Source: a virus
Taxonomy: Duplodnaviria; Caudoviricetes
Length of the DNA: 64,000 bases
Direction: 5' to 3' (one strand)
Virus record (IMG/VR): IMGVR_UViG_3300013121_000044
Span: 32,001-96,000 of that record
Translations under genes and position numbers: made by a program
Notes under the pieces: generated by a model
Databases searched by the model: none
What the model was told of the DNA's origin: nothing
What the model saw: the letters and a program-made list of their open reading frames with translations, nothing else
Shown: piece by piece, positions 19,279 through 27,392 of the stretch
Position numbering within the stretch: position 1 is the stretch's first letter
Layout of the letters: every line of letters starts with the position of its first letter

Positions 19279-19479
19279 ATGCCGCGCAAGAAGGATGAGA
19301 TCCGTGTCGGGAGCCGTGTTCGCATCACGGGCATCGCGTCCTGCATGGATCGAGAAGGTTTCGTGAAGGCGATCCAGAACGTGCCTCCTGACAACCGCCC
19401 GTCTCACCTCGTCGAGCTCGGAGAGGGGGTCGTGTGGGCCTGGACCGAAGAGATCACCCAGCTGGCGGACCCCTCGTGA
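19279..19479 (+). CDS. Small KOW-like protein
   Basis: GGAGG SD; IRVGSRVRITG...EGFV; 66 aa. Confidence 0.65.
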   Translation: MPRKKDEIRVGSRVRITGIASCMDREGFVKAIQNVPPDNRPSHLVELGEGVVWAWTEEITQLADPS

Positions 19480-19868
19480 AGGACTCGCCGAAATTCTGGG
19501 CGCGGGAGTATCTGTGCGAGCCTCCGCCGCGCACGGAAGCCTATCGGCGCGCCTACATCCTCTGGTGTGTCGCGCACGCCCTCATGGAGCGGAAAGATCG
19601 CACGTACTGCACGGGCACGGGGCACGAAGGGGAGGCGCTTCCTTTGACGGGGTGGGAGCGCGACGCGGTGAACCGCACGGGGAGGCGCATGTACAAGGCT
19701 CTCCGGCGCCTCGCCGAGCGATTCCCAGCAGAGGATTGGAAAGCGGCGAAACGTGACGCCGAGCGCACGTCCCTTCGGGAGCGTGAACGCATCGCACAAG
19801 ATCATTCGGACGTGGTGGCGGAGGTGCGCGCTGCGTACGCCGTATTCTCGGAGGGGTACCCGGTATAA
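19476..19868 (+). CDS. Hypothetical protein
   Basis: GTGA coupling with the upstream gene; 130 aa. Confidence 0.65.
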   Translation: MKDSPKFWAREYLCEPPPRTEAYRRAYILWCVAHALMERKDRTYCTGTGHEGEALPLTGWERDAVNRTGRRMYKALRRLAERFPAEDWKAAKRDAERTSLRERERIAQDHSDVVAEVRAAYAVFSEGYPV

Positions 19869-19869
19869 G
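19862..19869 (+). promoter_or_regulatory. Candidate phage promoter core GGTATAAG
   Basis: Similar GGTA[TGA]AAG words at 2642, 7469, 30309, 59055, and GGTATGAG at 52509, mostly just upstream of + strand units. Confidence 0.5.
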
Positions 19870-20025
19870 ATCGGGTGAGCGTCACGTAGGCCGGTACGTG
19901 ATAATGTCCTCCACACCCGGTCAGAATGGGCGCGCCCGGCCGCGCGCCCTCTGCTCCTCGGGGGTGCGCCGGCCCCGAGGAGAGTGCTCAGCCGGCGTTT
20001 CTTTTTGCCCACAAAAGAGGATCCC

Positions 20026-20817
20026 GTGAACATTTTCGCCGCCGACACCGAGACCCTGGGGCTCATCCCCGGGGAACACCGCGTCATCGAGTTGAGCTTC
20101 GCCCGCGTCACCGACGGTGACTGGTCGAACTTCAAGATCGAGACCTTCCGTTTCGTCCCGCGTCCCGAGCACTTCGTCAAGGCCCACCCCAAGGCCCTGG
20201 AGGTGAACGGCTACCGGGAGGGCCATCCCGACTGGAAGGGGGCGCCCGAGATCGGGAGCCCCGAGGCCGCCGACATCTGGAGGTACGTCGTCTCGCGTAC
20301 GCGCGGCGCGGCCCTCCTCTGTCAAAACGTGCCCTTCGACCGGGGCATGATGTGGGAGGAGATGCGCCTCCACGGGGCGTACGCCGTACCGCACGGCGTC
20401 GGGCCCGAGGAGGGGCCCTGGGAGAAGCACTTCATCGAGGTGCGCAAGTGCTCCACCTTCCTCCAGAAGAAGCACGGCTGGCGCTCCGCGAGCCTGAACC
20501 CCCTCTACGAGGAGTGCCGCGCGGCCTTCGGCGCCCCCCCGCTCCCCCACCAGCACCGCTCGGAGTCGGACGTGCTGCGGGCCCTCTGGGTGTGGGCGCA
20601 CGCGGCGGCCCTTTCGGGGGACGGGTCGGCCCCGGAGATCTCGGTGAAGAGGGCGATCCAGGGGTGGCTCAACGGCGTCGGCGTCGAGACGCGCTCGACG
20701 ATCCTGCCGGGGGTGCTGCACTCGGTCGAGTTTCGCGGCACCGTGGCGCAGCAGGACTCGATTCCCGTGGGGGCCTGCGGCGCGCCCGACCCCACGGTGC
20801 CCGACACCAACGCGTGA
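20026..20817 (+). CDS. DEDDh 3'-5' exonuclease (DnaQ-like)
   Basis: ADTETLG, QNVPFD, HRSESD; GAGG SD before GTG. Confidence 0.88.
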   Translation: MNIFAADTETLGLIPGEHRVIELSFARVTDGDWSNFKIETFRFVPRPEHFVKAHPKALEVNGYREGHPDWKGAPEIGSPEAADIWRYVVSRTRGAALLCQNVPFDRGMMWEEMRLHGAYAVPHGVGPEEGPWEKHFIEVRKCSTFLQKKHGWRSASLNPLYEECRAAFGAPPLPHQHRSESDVLRALWVWAHAAALSGDGSAPEISVKRAIQGWLNGVGVETRSTILPGVLHSVEFRGTVAQQDSIPVGACGAPDPTVPDTNA

Positions 20818-20823
20818 CGGGTC

Positions 20824-22476
20824 TCACCCCGGCGCCGAGCTTCCGAGGTTGACCTCGTTGATGGCGATCTGAATCGCGAGGCGCGCGAACACCAGGGCGT
20901 GCAGGAAGTCGTCCGGATCCACGGGGGCGTGGCGCCACACCTTCCGGCCGCCCGCGTCCTTCGAGGTCGTCTCCTCGTACTCCGCGAGGATGTGCTTGAA
21001 GGCGGCCTTCACGTACGCGCTGGGCTCCTTCGGGAACTGAAACTCCTTGCGGAGCATCGCCATCATGGCCGAGTCAATCGCCACGGTGCGGTTCACGGTG
21101 TAGCTGTTCCGGGACTGGTCCCAGACGACGTAGTGGGCGGCGTTGGGGCCCGTGTAGCGAAACTTCACGACGCGCTGCGGGTTGGCCATGCTGGTGCGGA
21201 GCATGTCCATGTTCATGTTGCCCTCGCCCGCGTCGCCGCCGACTAGGAGCTGGTTGCCCATGTCGTAGTTCCTGAGGACCGTGCGGATCTCCTCGTTCTC
21301 CTGCACGGCGTGAAGGCCGGGGAATACCTTGAAGTAGAGGACGCGCAGGCGGCCCGAGGTGAGGCGCCCCAGGACGACCAGCACCGTGAACGAGTGGCCG
21401 TCCTTGCCCCCGCCCGACCAGTCGATGCCCGCGCCGACCTTCATGACGTTCTGCATGAGCTCAGGGGTCGGCTTCGGGCTGATCGGAGGGCCGTCCGCTG
21501 CGGACCACAGGATCTCCTCCGTGACGAGTCTGCGACCTACGGAGTCCGAGATGCCGAGCACCTCGTTTCGGAACTTCGGCAGGGAGTAGGCGTCGGGCCC
21601 CTCCATGGTGCCGAGGATGTCGATCCACTCGGCCCGCGCCTCGTCCCGCTTCGGGCCCTCGGGCCACGCGGCGGGCACGCCTCGGATCATGATGGGGCGC
21701 GAGATGTGGAAGCCCTTGTAGGGCGCCTCCACGTCCGCGTTCGTGTCGACCCACATGCCGTGGCGGGGATTCAGGTAGGCCCCGCAGGCGCCGCAGAGAG
21801 GGCCCCACTTGCCGAGCTGCTTCTCACTGACGATGATCGAATAGCGCGAACACGAGTCACAGCGAATCGCCCACTCGGTCTGCGAGGACTTCTTCCAAAG
21901 GTCCTCGATCCCGTTCTCCAAGGTCTTCGGCGTGCCGCAGTAGGTCTCGCGGCGGACGGTGGAGTTTCGCAGGCATTCTCGGATCTCGGGGCGCACCGCG
22001 TCGAGAAGAACGTCCTGAACCTCGTCGATCAGTACGTGGTCGGCGGAGTTGCCGCGTACGCGATCCGCGTCCTCGTCGGCGTACGTGAACACGATCTCCG
22101 AACCGTTCGTGAACGAACGCGTAAGCACGCGGTTCGGGAGTGATGCGTCGATGAAGTTCTCGCGGATATGAGGCGAGTAGTGAATGGCCTTGCCGACACG
22201 GAGCGTGGAGAACTTCAGCGTTTGCTCCTCAGACGGCGTCACGAAGAGTGACTTGAAGAAGTCGCGCGCCACGGAGTCCGTAAGGAGCTCCACCATCAGC
22301 ATGATGGACTTGCCGATCTGGCGACTCGTCTTGAGGAGCGTTTTCTTCCAAGCACCGTCGTACGGAGCGACGAGCATGGGGTAGTCGACGAGGGAGAGAG
22401 GGCGGCCCTCCCACTGGATCATCCGCTCGCACATCTGCGAGCGTGTCAGCTCGATTCGTTTACGATCCAAGCTCAC
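20824..22476 (-). CDS. Terminase large subunit
   Basis: SRQIGKS, RVRGNSADHVLIDEVQD, GTP, CDSC...CGAC, GIDWSGG, PDDFLHA. Confidence 0.92.
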   Translation of the reverse strand: MSLDRKRIELTRSQMCERMIQWEGRPLSLVDYPMLVAPYDGAWKKTLLKTSRQIGKSIMLMVELLTDSVARDFFKSLFVTPSEEQTLKFSTLRVGKAIHYSPHIRENFIDASLPNRVLTRSFTNGSEIVFTYADEDADRVRGNSADHVLIDEVQDVLLDAVRPEIRECLRNSTVRRETYCGTPKTLENGIEDLWKKSSQTEWAIRCDSCSRYSIIVSEKQLGKWGPLCGACGAYLNPRHGMWVDTNADVEAPYKGFHISRPIMIRGVPAAWPEGPKRDEARAEWIDILGTMEGPDAYSLPKFRNEVLGISDSVGRRLVTEEILWSAADGPPISPKPTPELMQNVMKVGAGIDWSGGGKDGHSFTVLVVLGRLTSGRLRVLYFKVFPGLHAVQENEEIRTVLRNYDMGNQLLVGGDAGEGNMNMDMLRTSMANPQRVVKFRYTGPNAAHYVVWDQSRNSYTVNRTVAIDSAMMAMLRKEFQFPKEPSAYVKAAFKHILAEYEETTSKDAGGRKVWRHAPVDPDDFLHALVFARLAIQIAINEVNLGSSAPG

Positions 22477-23128
22477 GGCGGTGTTCGGCGCGGAGGTGGG
22501 AGCGCGCGCGGATCTCCACTTCGCAGTCCGCGAGATGCGCGATCTGGACGCCGACTGCGTCTTCGGGGGCGCGGCTCACCAGTCCGCGAAGGGACTCCTC
22601 GGGCAGCGCACACAGTTTCGCCCACACCTTTTCGACCTTGGCGCGTACAGCGCCTTCGTCGCGGTCCCAGGCCGAAAGAGCGTCCTGGCAGAAGCGGAGC
22701 TGCGCGGGCGCTAGAACCCAACCGTCGTCATGAAGCACGAGGGCGATGGCGGGGTCCACACCGTCGGGGTCGAAGCCCTCGTCCTCACCGATCGTTCCAC
22801 CCGTGAGCGTTTCGATTTCGGTCACGGCCCAGGCGAGCTGGAGGGGGGTGGGGTGAGCGACGCCGCCTGCCGGGTGCCCGTCACACGCGACGGCGAAGGC
22901 GAAGAGCACCTCGTGATCGTGGGACCAGCTCCGCGTGGTGAGGATCGTTTGTGCTCCGAGGGCCTTGGCCGAGATGGCGTCATCCCACGCGATCGCGCGC
23001 CGTTCCAGCTCCAGGTGCAGCGTCTCGGGCTCCCAGGCCCGCACCCCTTTCCCGAGGAGGGCCTCGACCGCAGCCCAGACGCTGGAGGCCGAGGCGCGTG
23101 AGTCGCGGAGAACGTCGAGCGCGTTCAT
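22460..23128 (-). CDS. Hypothetical protein (packaging/head module)
   Basis: 222 aa; coupled to neighbours; upstream of terminase. Confidence 0.7.
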   Translation of the reverse strand: MNALDVLRDSRASASSVWAAVEALLGKGVRAWEPETLHLELERRAIAWDDAISAKALGAQTILTTRSWSHDHEVLFAFAVACDGHPAGGVAHPTPLQLAWAVTEIETLTGGTIGEDEGFDPDGVDPAIALVLHDDGWVLAPAQLRFCQDALSAWDRDEGAVRAKVEKVWAKLCALPEESLRGLVSRAPEDAVGVQIAHLADCEVEIRARSHLRAEHRRELGS

Positions 23129-23526
23129 TCGTCGATCAGCTCCCGAGCGTCTGTGAAACAAGCTCGGACCGAAGTCGCATGAGGGAGGTCTGCGTGGTCT
23201 CCTGCCAGGGCTTTCAACCCAGAAACCGTCACCGTGCGCGTCCCCTTTGCGTCGTCTTGCGTGACCGTGAGGACGAGGCTCTCCCGAAGCTGACGCTGTT
23301 CTTCCGTCGCGGACCGAAACGCTTCATTCAGCCACGCGCGTGCCTCAGGCAGAAGAAGGCCCCACTTCTCCGAGATCTGGATGCACGCGAGCCGGACGTT
23401 GCCGATCAGGATCGACCGTTCGAGCCAGTCGAGCCCACGCGCCTTGAGCTCCGAGGGGTCGACCCCCGAAGGTACTTCGGCGAGCGGCGTCGCCGCGACG
23501 AACTCTCTCTCCGTGGGTGGAGCCAT
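23125..23526 (-). CDS. Hypothetical protein
   Basis: 133 aa; TGATG and ATGA coupling on both sides. Confidence 0.65.
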   Translation of the reverse strand: MAPPTEREFVAATPLAEVPSGVDPSELKARGLDWLERSILIGNVRLACIQISEKWGLLLPEARAWLNEAFRSATEEQRQLRESLVLTVTQDDAKGTRTVTVSGLKALAGDHADLPHATSVRACFTDARELIDE

Positions 23527-24536
23527 CAGACCGCCGCCCTTCGTACGCCTGCCGACCGGAGCGTCTCCCCGAGAACCCGCTTGAGCTCCATGGGGAGCGT
23601 CGGCAAGACCGCCGCCAGCTTCGCGGCGTCCATCTGACCTCCAGGCGCGATCTCGCGTACCACCTCCGGCCCGAGCGAGTCGGCGTAGAAGTCCGGCGGG
23701 AAGGCCACGAGGTCTTGCAGGTCGTAGGCCCCTCCCCCGATGTCGATCATCTGCGCGCTCACCTTCATGGGCGTGTTGAAGACCGTGTGGAGGGGGTCCG
23801 GAATCTTCCGCCCGTAGTGGGCGTCAACCCCTGCGGTCTTGTCGAGCTTGAGGAGGAGCGACGCGAGCTTCACCCTTGCGTCGAACGACCGGAGGGCGGT
23901 GGGTTCCTGGCGCAGCGCCGTCGCGGCGCGCTCGTAGGCGTCGCGGACTTCGGCGGTCTTGGCGAGGTGAGCCCTCGCCGCGAGCCCGTCGAGGACCACC
24001 CCCGGGTTGGCGAGGGCGGACATCCCCCACGCCTGGGCGGCGGGCTGGAGGGTGACCCCGTGGCGCTCGGCGGCTTGCGCCAGCTTGTGGAAGGCGGCGA
24101 CACGAGCCGGGAGAGCGAGACGATCCGCCTGTTCGAGGAGGCGGGCTTCGGCCATCTTGACTTCGCGGGGGCCACGAACGGGGTAGGTGTGATTCTCCGG
24201 GAAAATGAAGTCGTCGTCCGATTCTGCCACCTTCTCAGTGACGCGGACGAGGGCCTCCTGCGGTACGCCGTACGCCTCCAGGGCCTCGGCGATCTTCCCC
24301 CGGACGAAGGCAGGGGCCAGGGGGTTAGAGCCGACGTAGAGGTGGGACACGACCGCGTGCGCGGGGGTGTGGATGGGGTACCGCCGCTGCGTGGGCCACG
24401 CGAACGCGGTCGAGGGCAGATCCGAGGGGTCGTCCTCGAACTCCGCCGTCTTGAGGATCGGTTCGACGCCGGGGTGGCGGGCCACGAGGTGGCGGAGGTG
24501 GGCGTGGGCGGCGTCGTGGTAGATGTCGATGATCAT
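23526..24536 (-). CDS. Hypothetical putative virion/head protein
   Basis: 336 aa from ATG 24536 (MIIDIYHD); internal semi-repeat FAWP..RRYPI / FIFP..HTYPV. Confidence 0.7.
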   Translation of the reverse strand: MIIDIYHDAAHAHLRHLVARHPGVEPILKTAEFEDDPSDLPSTAFAWPTQRRYPIHTPAHAVVSHLYVGSNPLAPAFVRGKIAEALEAYGVPQEALVRVTEKVAESDDDFIFPENHTYPVRGPREVKMAEARLLEQADRLALPARVAAFHKLAQAAERHGVTLQPAAQAWGMSALANPGVVLDGLAARAHLAKTAEVRDAYERAATALRQEPTALRSFDARVKLASLLLKLDKTAGVDAHYGRKIPDPLHTVFNTPMKVSAQMIDIGGGAYDLQDLVAFPPDFYADSLGPEVVREIAPGGQMDAAKLAAVLPTLPMELKRVLGETLRSAGVRRAAV

Positions 24537-24538
24537 CG

Positions 24539-25513
24539 TCACTCCGAGGGTACGAAGGTGGGGCAGACCGCACGCACGTCGGCCAAGGCTTGTCGCTCCG
24601 CGTCGAGGGCCCGCGCCACGGCTGCCTGTGCTGCGTCGCGCTCGACCCGGAGCTGAGCGCACCGGTCCTGACAAGCCTGCACCCTCGCCGCGTAGGTGTC
24701 GAGAGCCGCCCGTTTCGACGCGAGGAGGGCCTCGTACGAGTCCACGTCGCCTACGAAGGACGCTTGTTGCAGGACGAAGTCTCGGGCGAACGTGGACCCC
24801 GTCTCCGTGAGCGCCGTAACCCGGGCGCGCGCTCTTTCGAGCGTCGCCACGTCTCGTACGAGAAAGGCGTGGATCGCGCGGTCGGTGCCGCAATCGGTCT
24901 GGCAGGCGTCGTACGCCCTCTGCGCTGCGGTGAGGGCGGACTCGGCGGCGTGTCGCGCGGCGTTCGCTTGGGTGTAAAGAAGGCGCCGCGCGTCCTCGAC
25001 GGACACATCGACCACCGGCAGGTCATACCCCTGGGCCGGAGTGGTCTCGAAGGATGCGAGAAACTCGCGCCACGCCACCGTCAGCGCGGAGAGCCGAGCC
25101 AGGATCTGCCGGAACCCGGCGTCGGCAGTCGCCCTGTCTGTGTATGTCACGGTCACGCTCGCGACGAGGTACTCCGAGCGCCCCGCGCGAACCGCCGCCG
25201 TGCGGTCCTGGTCGATCGTCGTGAGGTCGGACAAGCTCGCGATGCGCGCGAAGGGGTCGCCGCTGAGGTACACGAGGGAGGCGGCGTCGACGCGTACGTG
25301 AAGTCCGGGCGTGAGTCGCCGCACGTCGAGCGGGGTCGCGATCCGCGCGAGTACGTCGGCGCGGGGGTTTTCGGGGTCTCGGATCGTAAGAACGAACAGG
25401 TTCCGCGTGGGGAGGTCCCCCTTGTCGGTCACCGTGGTCGTCACCTCGTACACCGTCGCGCCCGAGACGAGCGTCGCCGCCCGGCGAATCTGGTCCACGT
25501 GAGGAGCCGTCAC
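24539..25513 (-). CDS. Hypothetical virion protein with coiled-coil C-terminus
   Basis: 324 aa in the late operon; GTGA coupling. Confidence 0.65.
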   Translation of the reverse strand: MTAPHVDQIRRAATLVSGATVYEVTTTVTDKGDLPTRNLFVLTIRDPENPRADVLARIATPLDVRRLTPGLHVRVDAASLVYLSGDPFARIASLSDLTTIDQDRTAAVRAGRSEYLVASVTVTYTDRATADAGFRQILARLSALTVAWREFLASFETTPAQGYDLPVVDVSVEDARRLLYTQANAARHAAESALTAAQRAYDACQTDCGTDRAIHAFLVRDVATLERARARVTALTETGSTFARDFVLQQASFVGDVDSYEALLASKRAALDTYAARVQACQDRCAQLRVERDAAQAAVARALDAERQALADVRAVCPTFVPSE

Positions 25514-25905
25514 GACTCACCTCCGAGGACATAGGTTCGCTCCCCGGGCACGGTCAGCGAGGCAACCTCCGGGTCCCACGCGGCAGCCACTTCGGCGAGG
25601 CGCCGCTTCGTGTGCTCGATCAACGTCGCGAGTGCGGTTCTTGCGAGCGCGTGAGAAGTCGCGCCCATTGCGCGAAAGAAGGTGCGCCCGAGGTCCCGGG
25701 CTTCCTCGCGAGAGTTCGGCCACGCGGTGATGTCGTCCACCGTGGCGACGTGGCTATAGGAACCGTCGTCCGTGCGGTGAACGAAGAGCTCGCGCGGTAC
25801 GCCGTACGCCTGCGCGACGACGAAGCGGCACGTGTACGTCACGCCCCCTCGCCCATCGTCCTCGCGACCCACTGTCTCTTCGACGCGCACCCAGGCGGAG
25901 CTCAC
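25510..25905 (-). CDS. Hypothetical protein
   Basis: 131 aa; coupled on both sides. Confidence 0.65.
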   Translation of the reverse strand: MSSAWVRVEETVGREDDGRGGVTYTCRFVVAQAYGVPRELFVHRTDDGSYSHVATVDDITAWPNSREEARDLGRTFFRAMGATSHALARTALATLIEHTKRRLAEVAAAWDPEVASLTVPGERTYVLGGES

Positions 25906-26822
25906 GGACCCTCCGTCCGGGTGAGGAGCGTAGTAAACGCAGTGTTATTGCGTGCGGCGCTCGCCTGCAAGCGGTCGAGCTCCGCCGCGACGTACTCGAA
26001 CAGCGCCGTGGCCTCGTCGAGCGTGGCGGCGAGGTGCGTGAAGCGCACGGATCTCACGAGAGGATCCTTCCTTTCGCGCATCGACGCGCCGCCCCCCGCC
26101 CCCGAGGCCAGGAGAGAAGCTCCGCGATAGAGGGACCAAGGCAGATTGGTCGCGCGTGTGGGGAAGTAGCGTGGCTCATAGCCGGGTCCCAGCGGGTTCG
26201 GTCGTACAGTGACGTACTCGAACTGCCACGTCCCGCCCACCTCCGGCGAGGCGAACGTTTTGGTGACGACCGCGACACTACCCAGGTAGCTGACGATCTG
26301 CGTGAGGCCGTTGTACCCTGAGGTCGTGAAGCCTGACAATCGCACCCAGCGGCCCACGTCGTCCGGCGTGAAGGCGTACCCCGGGAGGAGGAGCTGGCGC
26401 CCCGTGAGGGCTTGCGGCGCCGAGCCCGTCGCGCGGATGAAGATGCTCTGGACGGTGAAGTCGTGGTTCGTGTAGGGCGCTTGCGCCTGGATCCAATGCG
26501 CAGGGCCGTTCGTGATCCGGAGGGTGTCGCCTGCCTGCACGTTGTCGAACCACGCCTGAGCGTTCGGTGTGCGCACGTCGAAGTACGTCAGCTCCAACTG
26601 CGGAAGCTCGGCGAAGTCCCGGAGGGTGGCGACTCGGCGGAGAACTTCGGTCTCACCCGACGTGTCGACAACGAAGAGCGGGGCGTAGCTCAAGGGGTCC
26701 GTTGCGACGGCCGTAGATCCGGGAGGCACGGAGACGGGTACCGTCACGGCCCACTGCGTAGCTTGGTAGCCCGTGGATCGCACGTATCCTTGTTGCTGCA
26801 CGCGGAGAATGACTGCTGACAT
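25902..26822 (-). CDS. Hypothetical virion protein
   Basis: 306 aa, beta-rich, Thr/Gly-rich; first gene of this - strand block. Confidence 0.7.
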   Translation of the reverse strand: MSAVILRVQQQGYVRSTGYQATQWAVTVPVSVPPGSTAVATDPLSYAPLFVVDTSGETEVLRRVATLRDFAELPQLELTYFDVRTPNAQAWFDNVQAGDTLRITNGPAHWIQAQAPYTNHDFTVQSIFIRATGSAPQALTGRQLLLPGYAFTPDDVGRWVRLSGFTTSGYNGLTQIVSYLGSVAVVTKTFASPEVGGTWQFEYVTVRPNPLGPGYEPRYFPTRATNLPWSLYRGASLLASGAGGGASMRERKDPLVRSVRFTHLAATLDEATALFEYVAAELDRLQASAARNNTAFTTLLTRTEGP

Positions 26823-27384
26823 GATTTACGGCGGTGTGGACCCGGGTCTGGTGTCGCCGGCAGCGGCGGTCGTTTCTTTGAGCGGGCAGCTCCTCGCGGC
26901 CTCGTCCTTTACGATAGGGCGTGACCTTCGCGGTGGGCGGCGCCTCGCCGAGATCCGGCGCCAAATCGCCCTCTTCTTCGCCCCCTGGGGCCCCCTGGCC
27001 GGGGCGGCGATCGAAGGCCCCAGTCTCAACTCCGAACACCGAGAGTACGACCTCGGGGAGATGTCCGGGGCCGTACGGAGCTGGTTCTACGAGAACGGAG
27101 AGGTCGAGGCCACGGTCGTCGAACCGGCGCGACTCAAGCTCTACGCCACGGGCAACGGGCAAGCGACCAAGGACCTCGTTCGGCAATACGTCGTACGGGA
27201 CCTCCGGTTCCCGGTTGAAAGTGAGGACGCCGCCGATGCGGCCGTTCTCGCGCACATCGCTTTCGCGTTGGCCTCGAAGGTGCGCCCGGCCACGCGTGAT
27301 CAGGCGGAGGTCTTGCGGGACCTCCGCGCGCCACGTCCGCAGGTGCGTCGGGCGAGGCGGCGCACGAAGACCCTCAACGTCTGA
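26821..27384 (+). CDS. ruvC: RuvC-like Holliday junction resolvase
   Basis: GVDPG, AIEG, LKLYATGNGQATK, DAADA. Confidence 0.85.
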   Translation: MIYGGVDPGLVSPAAAVVSLSGQLLAASSFTIGRDLRGGRRLAEIRRQIALFFAPWGPLAGAAIEGPSLNSEHREYDLGEMSGAVRSWFYENGEVEATVVEPARLKLYATGNGQATKDLVRQYVVRDLRFPVESEDAADAAVLAHIAFALASKVRPATRDQAEVLRDLRAPRPQVRRARRRTKTLNV

Positions 27385-27392
27385 GAGGAAAC

